Shown: positions 32,811-44,262 of the stretch, one piece after another
Layout of the letters: each line of letters begins with the position of its first letter
How positions within the stretch are numbered: the stretch's first letter is position 1
Translations under genes and position numbers: made by a program
NCBI GenBank assembly: GCA_946965045.2
Contig: OX337233.1
Coordinates: 186,001-250,000, forward strand
Length of the DNA stretch: 64,000 bases
From: Epithemia pelagica
Lineage: Eukaryota > Protista > Bacillariophyta
Direction of reading: 5' to 3'
Notes under the pieces: generated by a model
Seen by the model: only the letters and a program-made list of their open reading frames with translations
What the model was told of the DNA's origin: nothing
The model's database searches: none

Positions 32811-34734
32811 GCTCAGTCTTCCTTTTGTTGACCGCAGCGCATTTATGAGGATCAAAGGAGCACACTGATGACTGTGTAATAGATTGCAGTGGGCTGCGTG
32901 ACTGGAAAAAGAAGAGTATATACTGTAATCCCCAGCGGGGGAATCATGAGGACTAGTGACTCAGTGGTTAAAAAACAGAAAGGACGACACAAACGACGCG
33001 ACCCATCCTTACATTCTTGTGCGATCGGACGTAGGCTTATGAGTACTACACGTGGAAGCCTTCGAGCCAGTGCTTTTGTCGGGTACGTACATAACACCAC
33101 ACACACATCTTTTGCCCAAATAGAAACAAAACATCATGGATTGGATTCCAACTATGGGTACATCCGGACTGTTGACGAATGTGAATTGCATTGTCTCGTG
33201 CCTGACGTCTCAATTCACATCAGAGAATGCTGATGGACTGGTTTCAGCTTCGACATGCGGCAGATCGCACCAGCAGCAAGTTTAATGGAACCGCTGTCGA
33301 CCCAGTTGCGTCAGTCCCAGAGACTTCTTCCTTCCCCTTGATGGTTCCATTCCATCTTTGCTCGATCAACACTGCTTCGTTCTTCACAAGACGACGGACG
33401 AGGAACGTAGAGATGCAGCAACCAACCATGCTCGATTTCCAAAATGAACCATCAGCGAAGCGGACAACAGGGTCCACAAGGTTTTTGGCTTGTCGTGCTT
33501 TTCGTCCTATTACTGCTCCTCTCATCATCGGACATTTGAATCCACCCGTTTCGTCCTTTTGTTGGATTCATCGACCACGAGACCATGAACCAAGCCACAC
33601 AAGGATCAGGATCAAGAGATGCCTAAACTCGTGGTTCGTGGCGGGAAAGCAGCAATGGTAACACAGTCATTCGATTGTGCTACGATGATGCCGACAACAC
33701 AAAAACAACTACAACCAGTTACACCCAAACATCAACAAGAACTACCGTCCTGCTTGTTCGTTGAGGAGCACGACAAGAAGAGAAAAATCAGGATTTCCGA
33801 TCCACATATAGAGGACCCGAACAACAAGAACAACAACAATTGTCGCATGCACAGCAGGCATCCAGGGTTTTGTCCTCCTTCGCGTAATTGCCTATAGTAA
33901 CGAATGAATGGTTTCGATCGAAGCATTGACGATTGGTGGTTCAGGACAAAATAAGACCAGTTGGTTATATTTTTGAACACGGCCCACCAGCACCACAATG
34001 ATAAACCACCAACACGGGGGTCGTCACGAAGGTCGTGGTTTTGTTGGTGCTGTACGAGGCACAGAGATTGTAGTGGTTGATGTCCAACAGTGCTGTTTGA
34101 CAGTGCTGTAGTCGTGCAACAAGGTTTCGGCGGAACTGGCATTGAGATTGTTCTTGTTGATACCAATGGACCGATACCCATGGGCTGTCAACGAGCCACT
34201 ACGGAGAGACTGATTGCTGGATCGACGCAAGCAAATTGCTGACCTCATCATAAAGACTTCACAAAGACTAGTTGCTGTAGTGGAGGAAATATCGAACACT
34301 TCGGTGGCAAAAATTCCAAAGGGTTCTGTCACCCGAAACCACAAGCATCGAGAGACGGGGTACTGTCCTCTCACGTAGGCGTTAGCCATAGAAAGCCCGG
34401 ACTCCACAATTGAACGCATGGTCGACCGTCCAAACGAGTCGCTGCGCCAAGTGTTGCAGGCACGCAACCATAATTTTCCACAGCATGATAAGTCGACCCA
34501 TTCAACAGCAGAGAGGCATGGTACCATGGACATCTACCCGAGGCCTGGTTCCACTCCTGTTTGCGGTGTCATGCCGGATGGTGTAACCTTCGTTTTCTAC
34601 TAGTACAAAGGTGTATGTGATATCTCTAGAGGTCGCAATGCCATGAAGAATACAGTACACCAACTGTTTGAGAGTAAAATGATAATGCTACAGTTCCGCT
34701 ATTGTTAGGACATACATGCAATACGTTGCAAATT

Positions 34735-35937
34735 TCAAGTTTCAGCCTTTCCTTCATCACCACGGCGTGTATCGGGCCTTGCTCGTTTATGAGCTGATGT
34801 CGAGGTGGAGAAGCGTGAAATATCAGCATGTTGGATATTCCTTCCTTCCCCCAAAAGACACCATCTGTTGGGCTGCTGCTCACAGAGTCGTTGAAAACAC
34901 CACGTATGCTTGTCCAGTAGTGGTAATGTCGCACAGGCAGAACTGCCAAAACCACTTATCACGGCAACATGATTGGCAACAATCGCCATACTGAAGTGAT
35001 CGCGGCGATTTCCGAATGGTGGGAGATTCCACACGCGGTTGCGGTGCGTATCCAAGACTTCCACAGTTGAATTGCGCCATCCACCCGCCACCACCAGACA
35101 AGATCCCACGGTAACCACTGCACAAGAACTTCGTGCATTGGAAAGCACCATATTAGAATGAGCGGTCCAGTTCGACGAGAAAGAAATGAACGTCGAGCCA
35201 GTTTCCTTTTTTGTCTCATCACTGTCACATGGCCTTTCGAAGTCCACGTACTCCACCGAGTCAAGATGATGGCCATGCTCTGTTTCGCCTCCAACGACAT
35301 AGATGCAGTGGCCAATGACCGCACTGGTACAAAATTGTCGAGGAATAGTCATGCTTGGTCCCGCAGTGACAGTATGGTTGCTAGTGTCAATAATATCCAC
35401 CGAAGACAAATAACGACCGTTGTAGCCGCCCATTACAACGATGTATCGGTTGTGAACCGCGACAGCACAACATCCAAACCGTCGCGTTGATAATCGACAT
35501 GTCAATGTCGTCCAATTACTCGTATGTGTGGTGCTTGCTGTTAAAAATGGTTGTAGTATATCGTTCGCATCAATGCGTTCGATACAATCCAAAGTTGCTG
35601 TATTGCGACCTCCCATCACGTAGACGCCGCCATTGCACAAAACAGCGGCATGTCCTCGACGACTCTTGTTCATTGGTGGCCCCTCTCGCCACTGCTTGTC
35701 TGGGTCTGCCAAATTTAATACAAGAATGGAATTGACCTCGCCATAACCTGTTCGATATCCGCCCAACACGACGACGGTTTGTTCCGTCTTGTTATCGGGA
35801 TGATCGAGAACGACCGAAGCATGATAGTAACGCCATCCACCCTCAAGAGGAGGCCAGTCCTCGAAATTCCATTCAGGTGTCTCGTCTAACAGGACAAGGC
35901 CCGACTGCCATGCTTTTTCTTTCATCGTCGTGGCCAT
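34735..35937 (-). CDS. Kelch-repeat protein K4 (400 aa, intact)
   Basis: Uninterrupted Kelch ORF from MATTMKEKAW; ends HKRARPDTRRGDEGKAET. Confidence 0.92.
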   Translation of the reverse strand: MATTMKEKAWQSGLVLLDETPEWNFEDWPPLEGGWRYYHASVVLDHPDNKTEQTVVVLGGYRTGYGEVNSILVLNLADPDKQWREGPPMNKSRRGHAAVLCNGGVYVMGGRNTATLDCIERIDANDILQPFLTASTTHTSNWTTLTCRLSTRRFGCCAVAVHNRYIVVMGGYNGRYLSSVDIIDTSNHTVTAGPSMTIPRQFCTSAVIGHCIYVVGGETEHGHHLDSVEYVDFERPCDSDETKKETGSTFISFSSNWTAHSNMVLSNARSSCAVVTVGSCLVVAGGWRNSTVEVLDTHRNRVWNLPPFGNRRDHFSMAIVANHVAVISGFGSSACATLPLLDKHTWCFQRLCEQQPNRWCLLGEGRNIQHADISRFSTSTSAHKRARPDTRRGDEGKAET

Positions 35938-36391
35938 GGTTTCACAAAATGACTGCAGCAAATTTATGGGGATCGAGACACTGTCTTGTAAGAGGCACGT
36001 AGGTTTGCTCTTTCGTTGCGATGCTGATGCTGACGGGTGCGGACTGGAAGCACGACTGACTTGACGAAAAGGATGGACCGAAGATGAGTCGCTTTCGTCA
36101 CAAGACAAATCGTGACCGTAGCCACGCAATGAAGAAGATCACGCACTCTTGTTCGGAGTACCGTAGAAGTTTTATTGGATACCGGAATAAACTAGCATCC
36201 CAAATTTCAAATTTGAATCGTGACGCCAACCACCAACTGTCATTTCGACGCCGGCCCTTCCAATGGAAGGATTACTTAGACGCGTGGCAGGTGAGACGGG
36301 CGGTAGACTTCACACAGTAGAGTTAAGGTTTAGTCTGTCTGCTGTCCTTGTTTCTGCGGACCTCTAATGGCGAATTTGTTCCATCCTGCTA

Positions 36392-38095
36392 CGAGCTCCA
36401 TCAATCGATATGGGTAACCGTAGTGGCCCGTGCTTCACGTTTCCGATACTCGGTTGAACTTCCGGCCCTACGAGATTCACTACACCATACATTTTCCTAG
36501 AGTAAAATGAATTGCCCTCATGCTCTTGCACATTTTGTTGCGAGATTCTTCTCACCAACTGCACCCACACCATCACCATGGTGAGGCGGCGCTAGCACAA
36601 TAATCAACCCGCCTCCTCTACGAGTATGCATATAAACAGCTACTAGTACAGAACATCTATCTAGCTTAGTACATGCTTCTCTGTGTCGTAGGTCGTACAA
36701 TAGGCAATCGTTTCGGTGTTGAGTATGGTGCTGTTGCCGTGCCGTGGTCGCCGAATGTTTTGCCGTTTGGCCGAAACGAGCAGTTGATTGTTGAGTATGT
36801 CATTGTCGTCGGATGTCGCTGTCGTCGCTTGTCGTTGTCGCCGCTTGTCGTTGTTGCCGCTTGCTGTCTTGTCGCATGCCGTTGTCGTCGCTTGTCGTTG
36901 TCACCGCTTGCTGTTGTTGAAGGGCACAGTCTCGGGCAGAGGGTTCGGTGACAGCGAAAAGTTGATTGTTGCGTGGGGGTTGTTGTTGTTGCCGAGTGTT
37001 GTTTTTGTTGTTGTTTGTTCATTCGTTCGTTCGTTCGATCAGTGGCGGTGAGTAGTTGATTGTTGTGTTTGGATTTTTGTTGTCGCCGAGTGTTGTTGTT
37101 GTCGTTCATTCGTTCTTTCGTTCTTTCGTTCATTCGATCGATCAGCTGTGACATCGTCGCCGATTGTTTCGCCATTTGTAGTTGAGCCGCTTGTGGTTGT
37201 CGTTGTCGTCGCTTGTTACCACCAGTGGACGAGGCTTCGATTTGTTGGGTGAGGGCAACGAAAAGACGAGGAGTTGATTGTTTCGTCGCAAGGTAGAAGA
37301 AGGAGGACGACCACACCATCTTGTCGCCGAGTCTTGCCGCCGAGTGTCGTTGTCGAGTGTTGTTGCCGAGTGTTGTTGTTGTTCGTTCGGTGGCAGCGAG
37401 GAGTGAGTAGTTGATTGTTGTGTGTTTGGGTTTTGGGTTGTTGTTGTTGTTGCCGAGTGTTGTCGACTCGCAAGGCTCTTCGACCACCGCCCATCAGCTT
37501 CACGGCATCCCCTCCTTCTTCCACTCAAATTGTGCTGTGGGAATCAGCCGCACCACCGGCACCACCATCGTCTGTCGCAGTAGAAGCAGTCCTTCCACCC
37601 ACGGTTCACGTTTGTTTTGTCTGGACAAATCAGCTTTTGTTGCGTTTGAGCCACCAACGGTCGAGGCTTTCCAATGTTGTGCTCGGTCTATAAAGTAACG
37701 AGGAGTTGATTGCTGCATGCGGACGTATGATCGGTGACTTGCTGGATGCATTCTATCGGTTGTCGTCGTCTTCTTCTCAAGGTCACTTCCTCTGTTTCGG
37801 ATGCCAAATAAGGAAGACTTCAAAACCTTGCCGTCGGTCCATAAAAAAAAGCCAACTCATCCCTGCCCGCCCATTCCCTCACGGTACACTTGATTCTTAG
37901 GCATCCTTGATGGTCGCAAGAGAGCTGGCACCTTTCGTTGGAGGTGCACACCGGCTTGAGTGTGTCATGGTGGTGTTACGCAGTGCAAAATGACCGTAGT
38001 GGTGTCCCTACGAAGTTAGAATCACTGTAGAAAAAACAGTGGGGGTATGAAAAGCACGGGCCACTACGGTTACCCATATCGATTGATGGAGCTCG
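36392..38095. mobile_element. Non-autonomous TIR element with TA target duplication (Tc1/mariner-like)
   Basis: Perfect inverted repeat: TA-CGAGCTCCATCAATCGATATGGGTAACCGTAGTGGCCCGTGCTT (36390-36435) and its reverse complement at 38052-38097. The left flank TTGTTCCATCCTGCTA matches uninterrupted paralogous sites near 400 and 49450. No transposase ORF is seen. Confidence 0.82.
36780..37460. repeat. Degenerate (TTG/TCG)-rich minisatellite inside the TA element
   Basis: Recurring AGTTGATTGTTG and GTTGTTGCCGAGTGTTG units. The overlapping T/Q/R-rich ORFs are compositional artefacts. Confidence 0.75.
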
Positions 38096-38774
38096 TATTC
38101 CAGGCTCAGGTCAGTTTCGTCGCCATTTAATTTCGGGATGCGTCGTCCTAGTCGTAGAGTGTGTCGTGGTGAAAAACACAAGCAATATAAAGGGCCAAGG
38201 TCATTCGCTGCTGACATGGCTTGGTACGGTGCAGGCAAACGGTGAACCTCGTTCGGCGTCTTCTACGAAAAGCACCGACAAAAGTAAAGACGAACGAGCA
38301 TGTCGGTAAGGACACCGGACCGATTGCTGTATAGGTACGCAATTCGTTGAAAAGCTTCCAGCCGTGGAACACACCGACAGTCGGTCCATCTCGTCCATTG
38401 TCGTCGACCACACATACTTCGTCTGGCCGTCGAACAGTAACGATGGTTCGTCTTTCGTCTTCTCTCTATCTCCTTTTCTGTCTCGTGTTGTGTCACATGT
38501 AAGGATCACTCTATGCCGATGCTGTAGATGACGACACAGAACTGACATTGTCTGTCTGAGAATCCGAACCCCCTCACAACAGGAGGTTGCGAGGAGGTTG
38601 CGACTTTTGCTGCGACCCATGAAGGATTCCTCGCGCTTCGCATACTCATCAGAATAGAGAAGATTGTACGCATTCACATGTTCCCCGCCGAGGTGCTGGA
38701 ATGGCATCACGAACACAAGATCTTTTTGGCCTCTCTGTGCATGATATTATAGGAATCATATATCTATTAAAACG

Positions 38775-40064
38775 ATGACAACAACGACTTTCGACCTCAA
38801 CGAGCCAATGGACCGCACCATGCCTCTTCCAGAAACGACAATGGACGTAAACAACCCTGAAATGAACGAATGCGATCCATATCAATTGCGACGTACCCGG
38901 ATCAGCCCCAAGATGAAACAACGAATGGTGGAGCACTTTGGGAAAGAACCGTTTTTGCCAAGATTGACCAACACCAAAGCCACTGACCGCACTGCACAAG
39001 CCATTCTCGATTTTGATAGAGACGTCAGGGGCAGAGGACGTGCTAATGTGGATTGGTCCAAGCTGTCGCTCCGCCATTCGGATATCGGTGACGTGGGCAT
39101 TGAAGCGCTCGCCCGTGTTTTTGTTAAAACGACAACAAACCGAGATCCTGAGCTGAGATTGTATTTCGTAAAAGCCCTGGACGACGAAATGGCGGTTCGG
39201 TTGGCGAATGCTATGGATCAAAATCCGTCCTGGGAGAAGTTGTCTATTCAGCACTGCAATTTTGGATCGCGTGGATGGAAAGCACTGGTTGGTGCTTTGG
39301 GCAACAATCACGTTTGGCAGGAGTTGGAGCTTGTTAGTACGAACCTTGAAGATGAAGGAGTTGAAGCACTGGCAAAAGCACTGCAACAAAATACCCAATG
39401 GACCAACTTCGAGCTCTGGGACATACAGTTTTCTTCTGTGAATGGAGTCAAAGCCTTGGTTGAAGCCTTGAGTGTCAACAAAACATGGAAATCTTTCCAA
39501 CTTGAGGTACGATTTGGTACACGGGTTCCGAGGATCCGCGACTGTGAAATGGAAGCATTGTCACATGCCTTGCGTTGCAATCAATGCTGGGAAACGTTTA
39601 GCTATACATTTCCCTCTGATTTTGATGGAGGACTGGGATCCGTTACCAGAACACTGCATGGCAACTCAGTCTGGCGAGTGTTTGATATGGATTTAGAAAA
39701 GGCAACACATGTCGACATACTAGCCGAGGCTCTCCGTCGACAAACCTCTTGGAAATATTTTGCTTTGAGTCTCCCTTATGGCACTCCCGACCAAGGGGTG
39801 GAAATGTTGGCCAATCTACTAAAAACGTCACCAAGCTGGGAACGGTTTGTTTTACATGTGCGAGGTCAAGAAGTTTGGTCATGGCTCAAGGTTGGTCCAG
39901 CCATTCTCCAACGGTTGGAGAAAAACTGGAACTCATTGGTGCTTTGGTTTCCATACTCGAACAACAACCCCATTCAGCACCTGCCCTTTCTGCTAGAGAA
40001 CCATCCCGACGAAATTGGAGTGACGGCAGAAACCATTTCAAAATTTATTCCTGACCCGTCATGA
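38775..40064 (+). CDS. RNI-like leucine-rich-repeat protein (probably the 5' part of the LRR-TIR gene)
   Basis: About 28-aa repeats: LSLRHSDIGDVGIEALARVF, LSIQHCNFGSRGWKALVGAL, LELVSTNLEDEGVEALAKAL, FELWDIQFSSVNGVKALVEAL. AT-rich sequence lies upstream of the ATG. Confidence 0.85.
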   Translation: MTTTTFDLNEPMDRTMPLPETTMDVNNPEMNECDPYQLRRTRISPKMKQRMVEHFGKEPFLPRLTNTKATDRTAQAILDFDRDVRGRGRANVDWSKLSLRHSDIGDVGIEALARVFVKTTTNRDPELRLYFVKALDDEMAVRLANAMDQNPSWEKLSIQHCNFGSRGWKALVGALGNNHVWQELELVSTNLEDEGVEALAKALQQNTQWTNFELWDIQFSSVNGVKALVEALSVNKTWKSFQLEVRFGTRVPRIRDCEMEALSHALRCNQCWETFSYTFPSDFDGGLGSVTRTLHGNSVWRVFDMDLEKATHVDILAEALRRQTSWKYFALSLPYGTPDQGVEMLANLLKTSPSWERFVLHVRGQEVWSWLKVGPAILQRLEKNWNSLVLWFPYSNNNPIQHLPFLLENHPDEIGVTAETISKFIPDPS

Positions 40065-40086
40065 CAAAGCAACCGATGCCCTGGAA

Positions 40087-41991
40087 ATGGCAGAGTATTT
40101 GGGACACTGCTGGCAATCCATGGATTTGTGCATGCTGGCTTCAAATCGGGCACTCCGTGTCGGTCGACGGTTTACCATTCCTCGAACCATTTCACTTCAC
40201 CACACGCCACGGTTGACCTTTCCAGCAGCCCTTGGATTGATCCAGTCAATTCAAGGTGATGGTGCAACGGCAGAGAACATTGACAGCACCAGTGCTTCCA
40301 GGGCTTCTATACCATCAACCGCTCTTGCATCTAGACCACAAAGCAATGTCCATTGGACTCGTTTGTCGTTGAGTCATCTGGACATTAGGGAGGACGGAGC
40401 CAAAGCCATTGCGGACCTGTTACAAAACAGTCATCAATGGAAAATTTTGGATCTAGCACATACGCCTCTTGATGATACTGGGATCAAGGCGCTGGTTGAG
40501 GGTATGAAGAGCAATCGTGATTGGCGTTGTATCAATTTATCCCATACCAAAATTGGCCAACGGGGAGCACGGTACCTCCGTTATTTTTTGGACGGTAACA
40601 CCACATGGTCCTGGTTCTGGATCTCCAACTTGGACATCAACGATCAAGCACTTCGGAGGTTGTTTCTTTCCATTGATGATCGTCCGTGGCATACCATTCA
40701 TGTCGGAACAAATCAAGCAAATGCTCTTTCTTCCTCTATTCATCGACCCAACGTTCCGTTGTTAACAACCGGTCGTTATCAGGCCACGAGCAACGAAATA
40801 ACTCAAGAATGCAGTCTCATTACCAAGTCCAAAAGTGATTCGCTGTTGGGAGAAAATTTCAATTTACTTGGGCTGATTATTGCGCGAATAAGTGAAGACG
40901 TGGAATGTTTGGATACATCTCTTGATCTTACCTTTCTAATTGGGCATGCTCTGATTTCCAAGTTAGATTCGATGCAGTCATGGAGCTTTGTCGAACTCGG
41001 CGAACGACTTTTGGAAGTATCAGCGGTACTTGCAAAAATCAATAAGATACGACTTAAGATGGCAGGAACAGAGGCACTGAAACAGTTGTCTGAACATCAC
41101 AAAGAGAAACTTCAAGAAATTTTGAGACTTGGAATCGAGATGGCAAAGATGATGCTTGGCAAGCTTCCTTCTGAAAACCAGAAACCGGAACACGACATTT
41201 TCATTTCTTTTGCTGGGGAAGTTTGGAAAGAACGTGAGTTTGACTATGTAACCAGGTTGGAGCATGAGTTGCAAAACGCGGCTGGTGGCGGCAACGCACT
41301 CAATATTTTTGTGGCAGAGAAGACCATGAAGCCCGGACAACAGCCAGATCCGGAAGTGACCATGTTGACGCATGTACTAACAGCACGAGTGGTTGTGTGT
41401 GTGACGACTACACATTATGTCCAAAAGAAATGGCCGATTGCTGAACTTCTCTGTGCATTAGCTCGGAATGAGATGGCTTGCCCACATTCGATGCTCAGTC
41501 CAGTGGTAGTGGACGCCTTCCCTGGATGCCAATGGGTTCTTCCACCTTGTCGCTCTACAATGAGTGCGTCGACACCGGCAATTTGTACTCGGGATGCGAG
41601 CGAATGGATCAATGATTTCATTGGTTTGTTTCCAACTAAGCTACCGCCCATACATAGGTGTACCATTGATGGCGAAAATGTCTATGGTAAGTGTTTCCGG
41701 AAAAGTACCGGTAGGAAAAATTCATGTGTGACTTTTTGAACTGGACCTAAGCGGTTGCCTGGTTGTTGTTGCTATGTGGACTTGAACGGAACAGATTCCA
41801 GATACAAACAGTTGGTTGGTCACATGGAAGAGGTCGCAAAAGAGGTGATCTCTTGTTTAAAAATCCATCAGGAACGCGCCCTCGCCCTGTCAAATAGACG
41901 AGAGCGCCGGTGCAACGAAGATGATACTACCTCGCACCAAGATCCTTCGCCTAGGGAGAGGAAACGACGCAAACCTTCCAATAATGACTGA
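40087..41991 (+). CDS. LRR - helical region - TIR domain protein (probable intron 41687-41794)
   Basis: LRRs LSLSHLDIREDGAKAIADLL, LDLAHTPLDDTGIKALVEGM, INLSHTKIGQRGARYL. TIR from 41191: HDIFISFAG...IFVAEK...VVVCVTTTHYVQKKWPIAEL. A GTAAGT donor at 41687 and AG at 41793-41794 join in frame to DSRYKQLVGHMEEVAKEV...RKRRKPSNND (stop 41991). Confidence 0.8.
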
Positions 41992-44262
41992 CCATTTGGT
42001 ATTCATGCAATAACAGTAACCAAGGCTTTGTCATTTGTCATGCTTTGTATAATAAATTAGCGTCTACTCCTAGGAGTAGGTAGGAAACTCACGCCACATA
42101 GCCAAAAGGTAGCACGGGTAGAGCAGAGACCACCATCGTGGGAAATCCCGCGCCATCCGGGACCCGCACGTTCGAATCTCTCAAAGAAAACAGAAGGCAG
42201 AGATCATCAAAGATACGATAGCGCTCGCTGGGGATTCGTTCCCCAAACGCACAAAAATGGCCATGGAGGTGGCCGCTGTCTGGAGCCGTCGCTCCAATCG
42301 TCGAGAATCAAGCGATCCAGTACAATTTTCAACGGAAACGATGACCCGTTCTTCTCAAGAGGATGAGGATGAGGAAAGTGGAACAGGATCAACACTCTGC
42401 TGTGCTTGTGATTGTGTCCTTGTAGTGACACATGTCGGACAGCAAAATCCTCCTCCACCACCAAGTGGACCTTTTCGAGACAACCAGAAGGAGGAACCAA
42501 TAATGACAACGACAAGAACAACAGGTCAGGGACTGGCGATGGATCCTTTTTACGGGTGCTACGTTTGTCGTCTCCATTGGCAACAACAAGATTTCCATCA
42601 ACAGGAAAAGTAGACCAGATGATTCGTCGCTTGGATCCATCTGTTTCCCTGCCTGCTTGCTTGGCACGCAACCATTCCGATGCGAGGGGATGAGGACGGA
42701 AATCAAGAAGGGGGCGGCAACCGTTTCCTCCAAATGTCGTTGTCATTTTGGGAATTCCGGTCGACTTGGTCGGATCGTAACCCACGCTGGTTGTACAAGG
42801 CATGAGAGTTTCCTCCAGTTCCTGTCCAGGTATATTTGATAGGCTGGGACGACCACAGAAAAGCGATACATTACAGCATAGGTCGAAGCGACCCACACGC
42901 CACCCGATCAGTGTGATAAGCGAGCCAGACGGTCGGGCGATTTCACGATAAACAAGAAACAGATACACGAATTGCGCCATTCCGACTGCGACGAGCAAAA
43001 CCATTCGACCACAACCGCCTCGGGCGACTCGTGTTCCAACACGACCATCCATTTATACGGTGTGGGTGGCAAGGCTTCCATGATGGCCAAGACGTGACCG
43101 GCGGCGTTCGTTGTCGTGGTTGTGTTGTTGGTGCTGCTGCTCAGTTCGGTACGAGGCACAGACGATGTAGTGGTCGAGGTCCAACACTGGACAGTGTTGT
43201 TGTCGTGCAACAAGGTTTCGGCGGATCTGGCATTGAGGGGCACGACATCGCGATGAGGAGGAGCTTGTTTCCAGGCATGATCGATCGAACGAGCAATGCT
43301 GCGACAGGAAATAGTAATGGTGGAGGTTTACTGACTCGTCGTCGTCAATGGCACGAAAGTGCCCACAAAGTCCAACTTCCAAGACGGAGTTCAACACAGT
43401 TGGTTCCACGACAATGATACCATCAGTTTCGTTCAATTGGAGGAAGAATAATGAGGGTCTTCTTCTTTGTCGCTGCGTTGGTAGTTCGGGAGGTTGTGGT
43501 GTGTCAACGATAAGGCTCGATTCCTTGTTGTCGTGCTGGTCCATTGCGACAACTGGCAATTGGTGGGTTCCTCTTGGACTTGTTCTGGAGGGACTTCACT
43601 GTCCCTGTTGCATCTGTCCTCCTGACGAGACGAAATTCCATTCGCAGGAGACAACGTGGGCTGTTCGATCGTAGCCAAGAGGGTCTTGCAAAAAGTGTTG
43701 CGGTATGCGTCTCTGGACGTAGGGTTCCGCCGTTCTACCATGGGAGCAGGAAACTTAATGGTTAAGAATCGAACACATTCGGTCGCATGGTGACTGCTCC
43801 AAAAGGGACACAGTTCATGGTCATCGTGTCGGGATTGGACATGACACGGTCCTCCGTCCTTACTTCCATCCAAAAGTTGAACCATCAGAAGCGGACCACA
43901 TCTGGTCCAACATTTTTTTGCCTTGTCGTGCTTCTGCACCTTATCCTCTCATCATCGGACCTTTGGATCCACCCGTTTCATCCTTTTGTCGGATTCATCA
44001 AACTCGAGACAATAAACCAAAGCCAAATCGAGAACTTTTTTGGAATGCACCACAGTCGGTTCTTGCCCTAGCTACCACAGCTACCAATCCATGGACGACG
44101 ACTTTGTGTCGTGTAAAGTGCCATGATGCCACAACAAGGACAAAAAATTTGGTCGTTCCTTCCCCGCCTTAGACAACAAACTTTCTACTTTTGAAACCAC
44201 TAACTAGGTTCTAGGATTGCAATCGAACATAGAAAACAAGTCAATGACTTATAACAAAACGT

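Noticed and set aside
35938-36129. N-terminal extensions of Kelch ORFs given by the track (K4 464 aa, K7 502 aa, K9 464 aa)
   Set aside because: The homologous upstream frame has a stop in K6 and frameshifts in K0 and K2. All copies share a start at M(T/S/A/P)xT(L/M)K(E/D), so the extensions are probably open 5' UTR.
36666-37528. T/Q/R-rich ORFs (e.g. 273 aa) in the TA element as a transposase or mucin-like protein
   Set aside because: They are translations of the TTG/TCG minisatellite, with no DDE/DDD motif or HTH domain.
38201-38716. 171-aa minus-strand ORF divergent from the LRR gene
   Set aside because: Its 3' half is recycled spacer sequence (matches ~1140-1330) and no motif is recognisable. 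There is not enough support for a CDS call.
42095-42185. tRNA or tRNA-derived SINE (TAGCCAAAAGG A-box-like; GTTCGAATC B-box-like)
   Set aside because: The arms around GTTCGAA do not pair, no acceptor or anticodon stem can be drawn, and there is no second copy in the window.
42207-43052. 281-aa minus-strand ORF and overlapping short ORFs as a gene
   Set aside because: No domain signal, no dominant frame, and the 5' part is made of the repeated spacer module.
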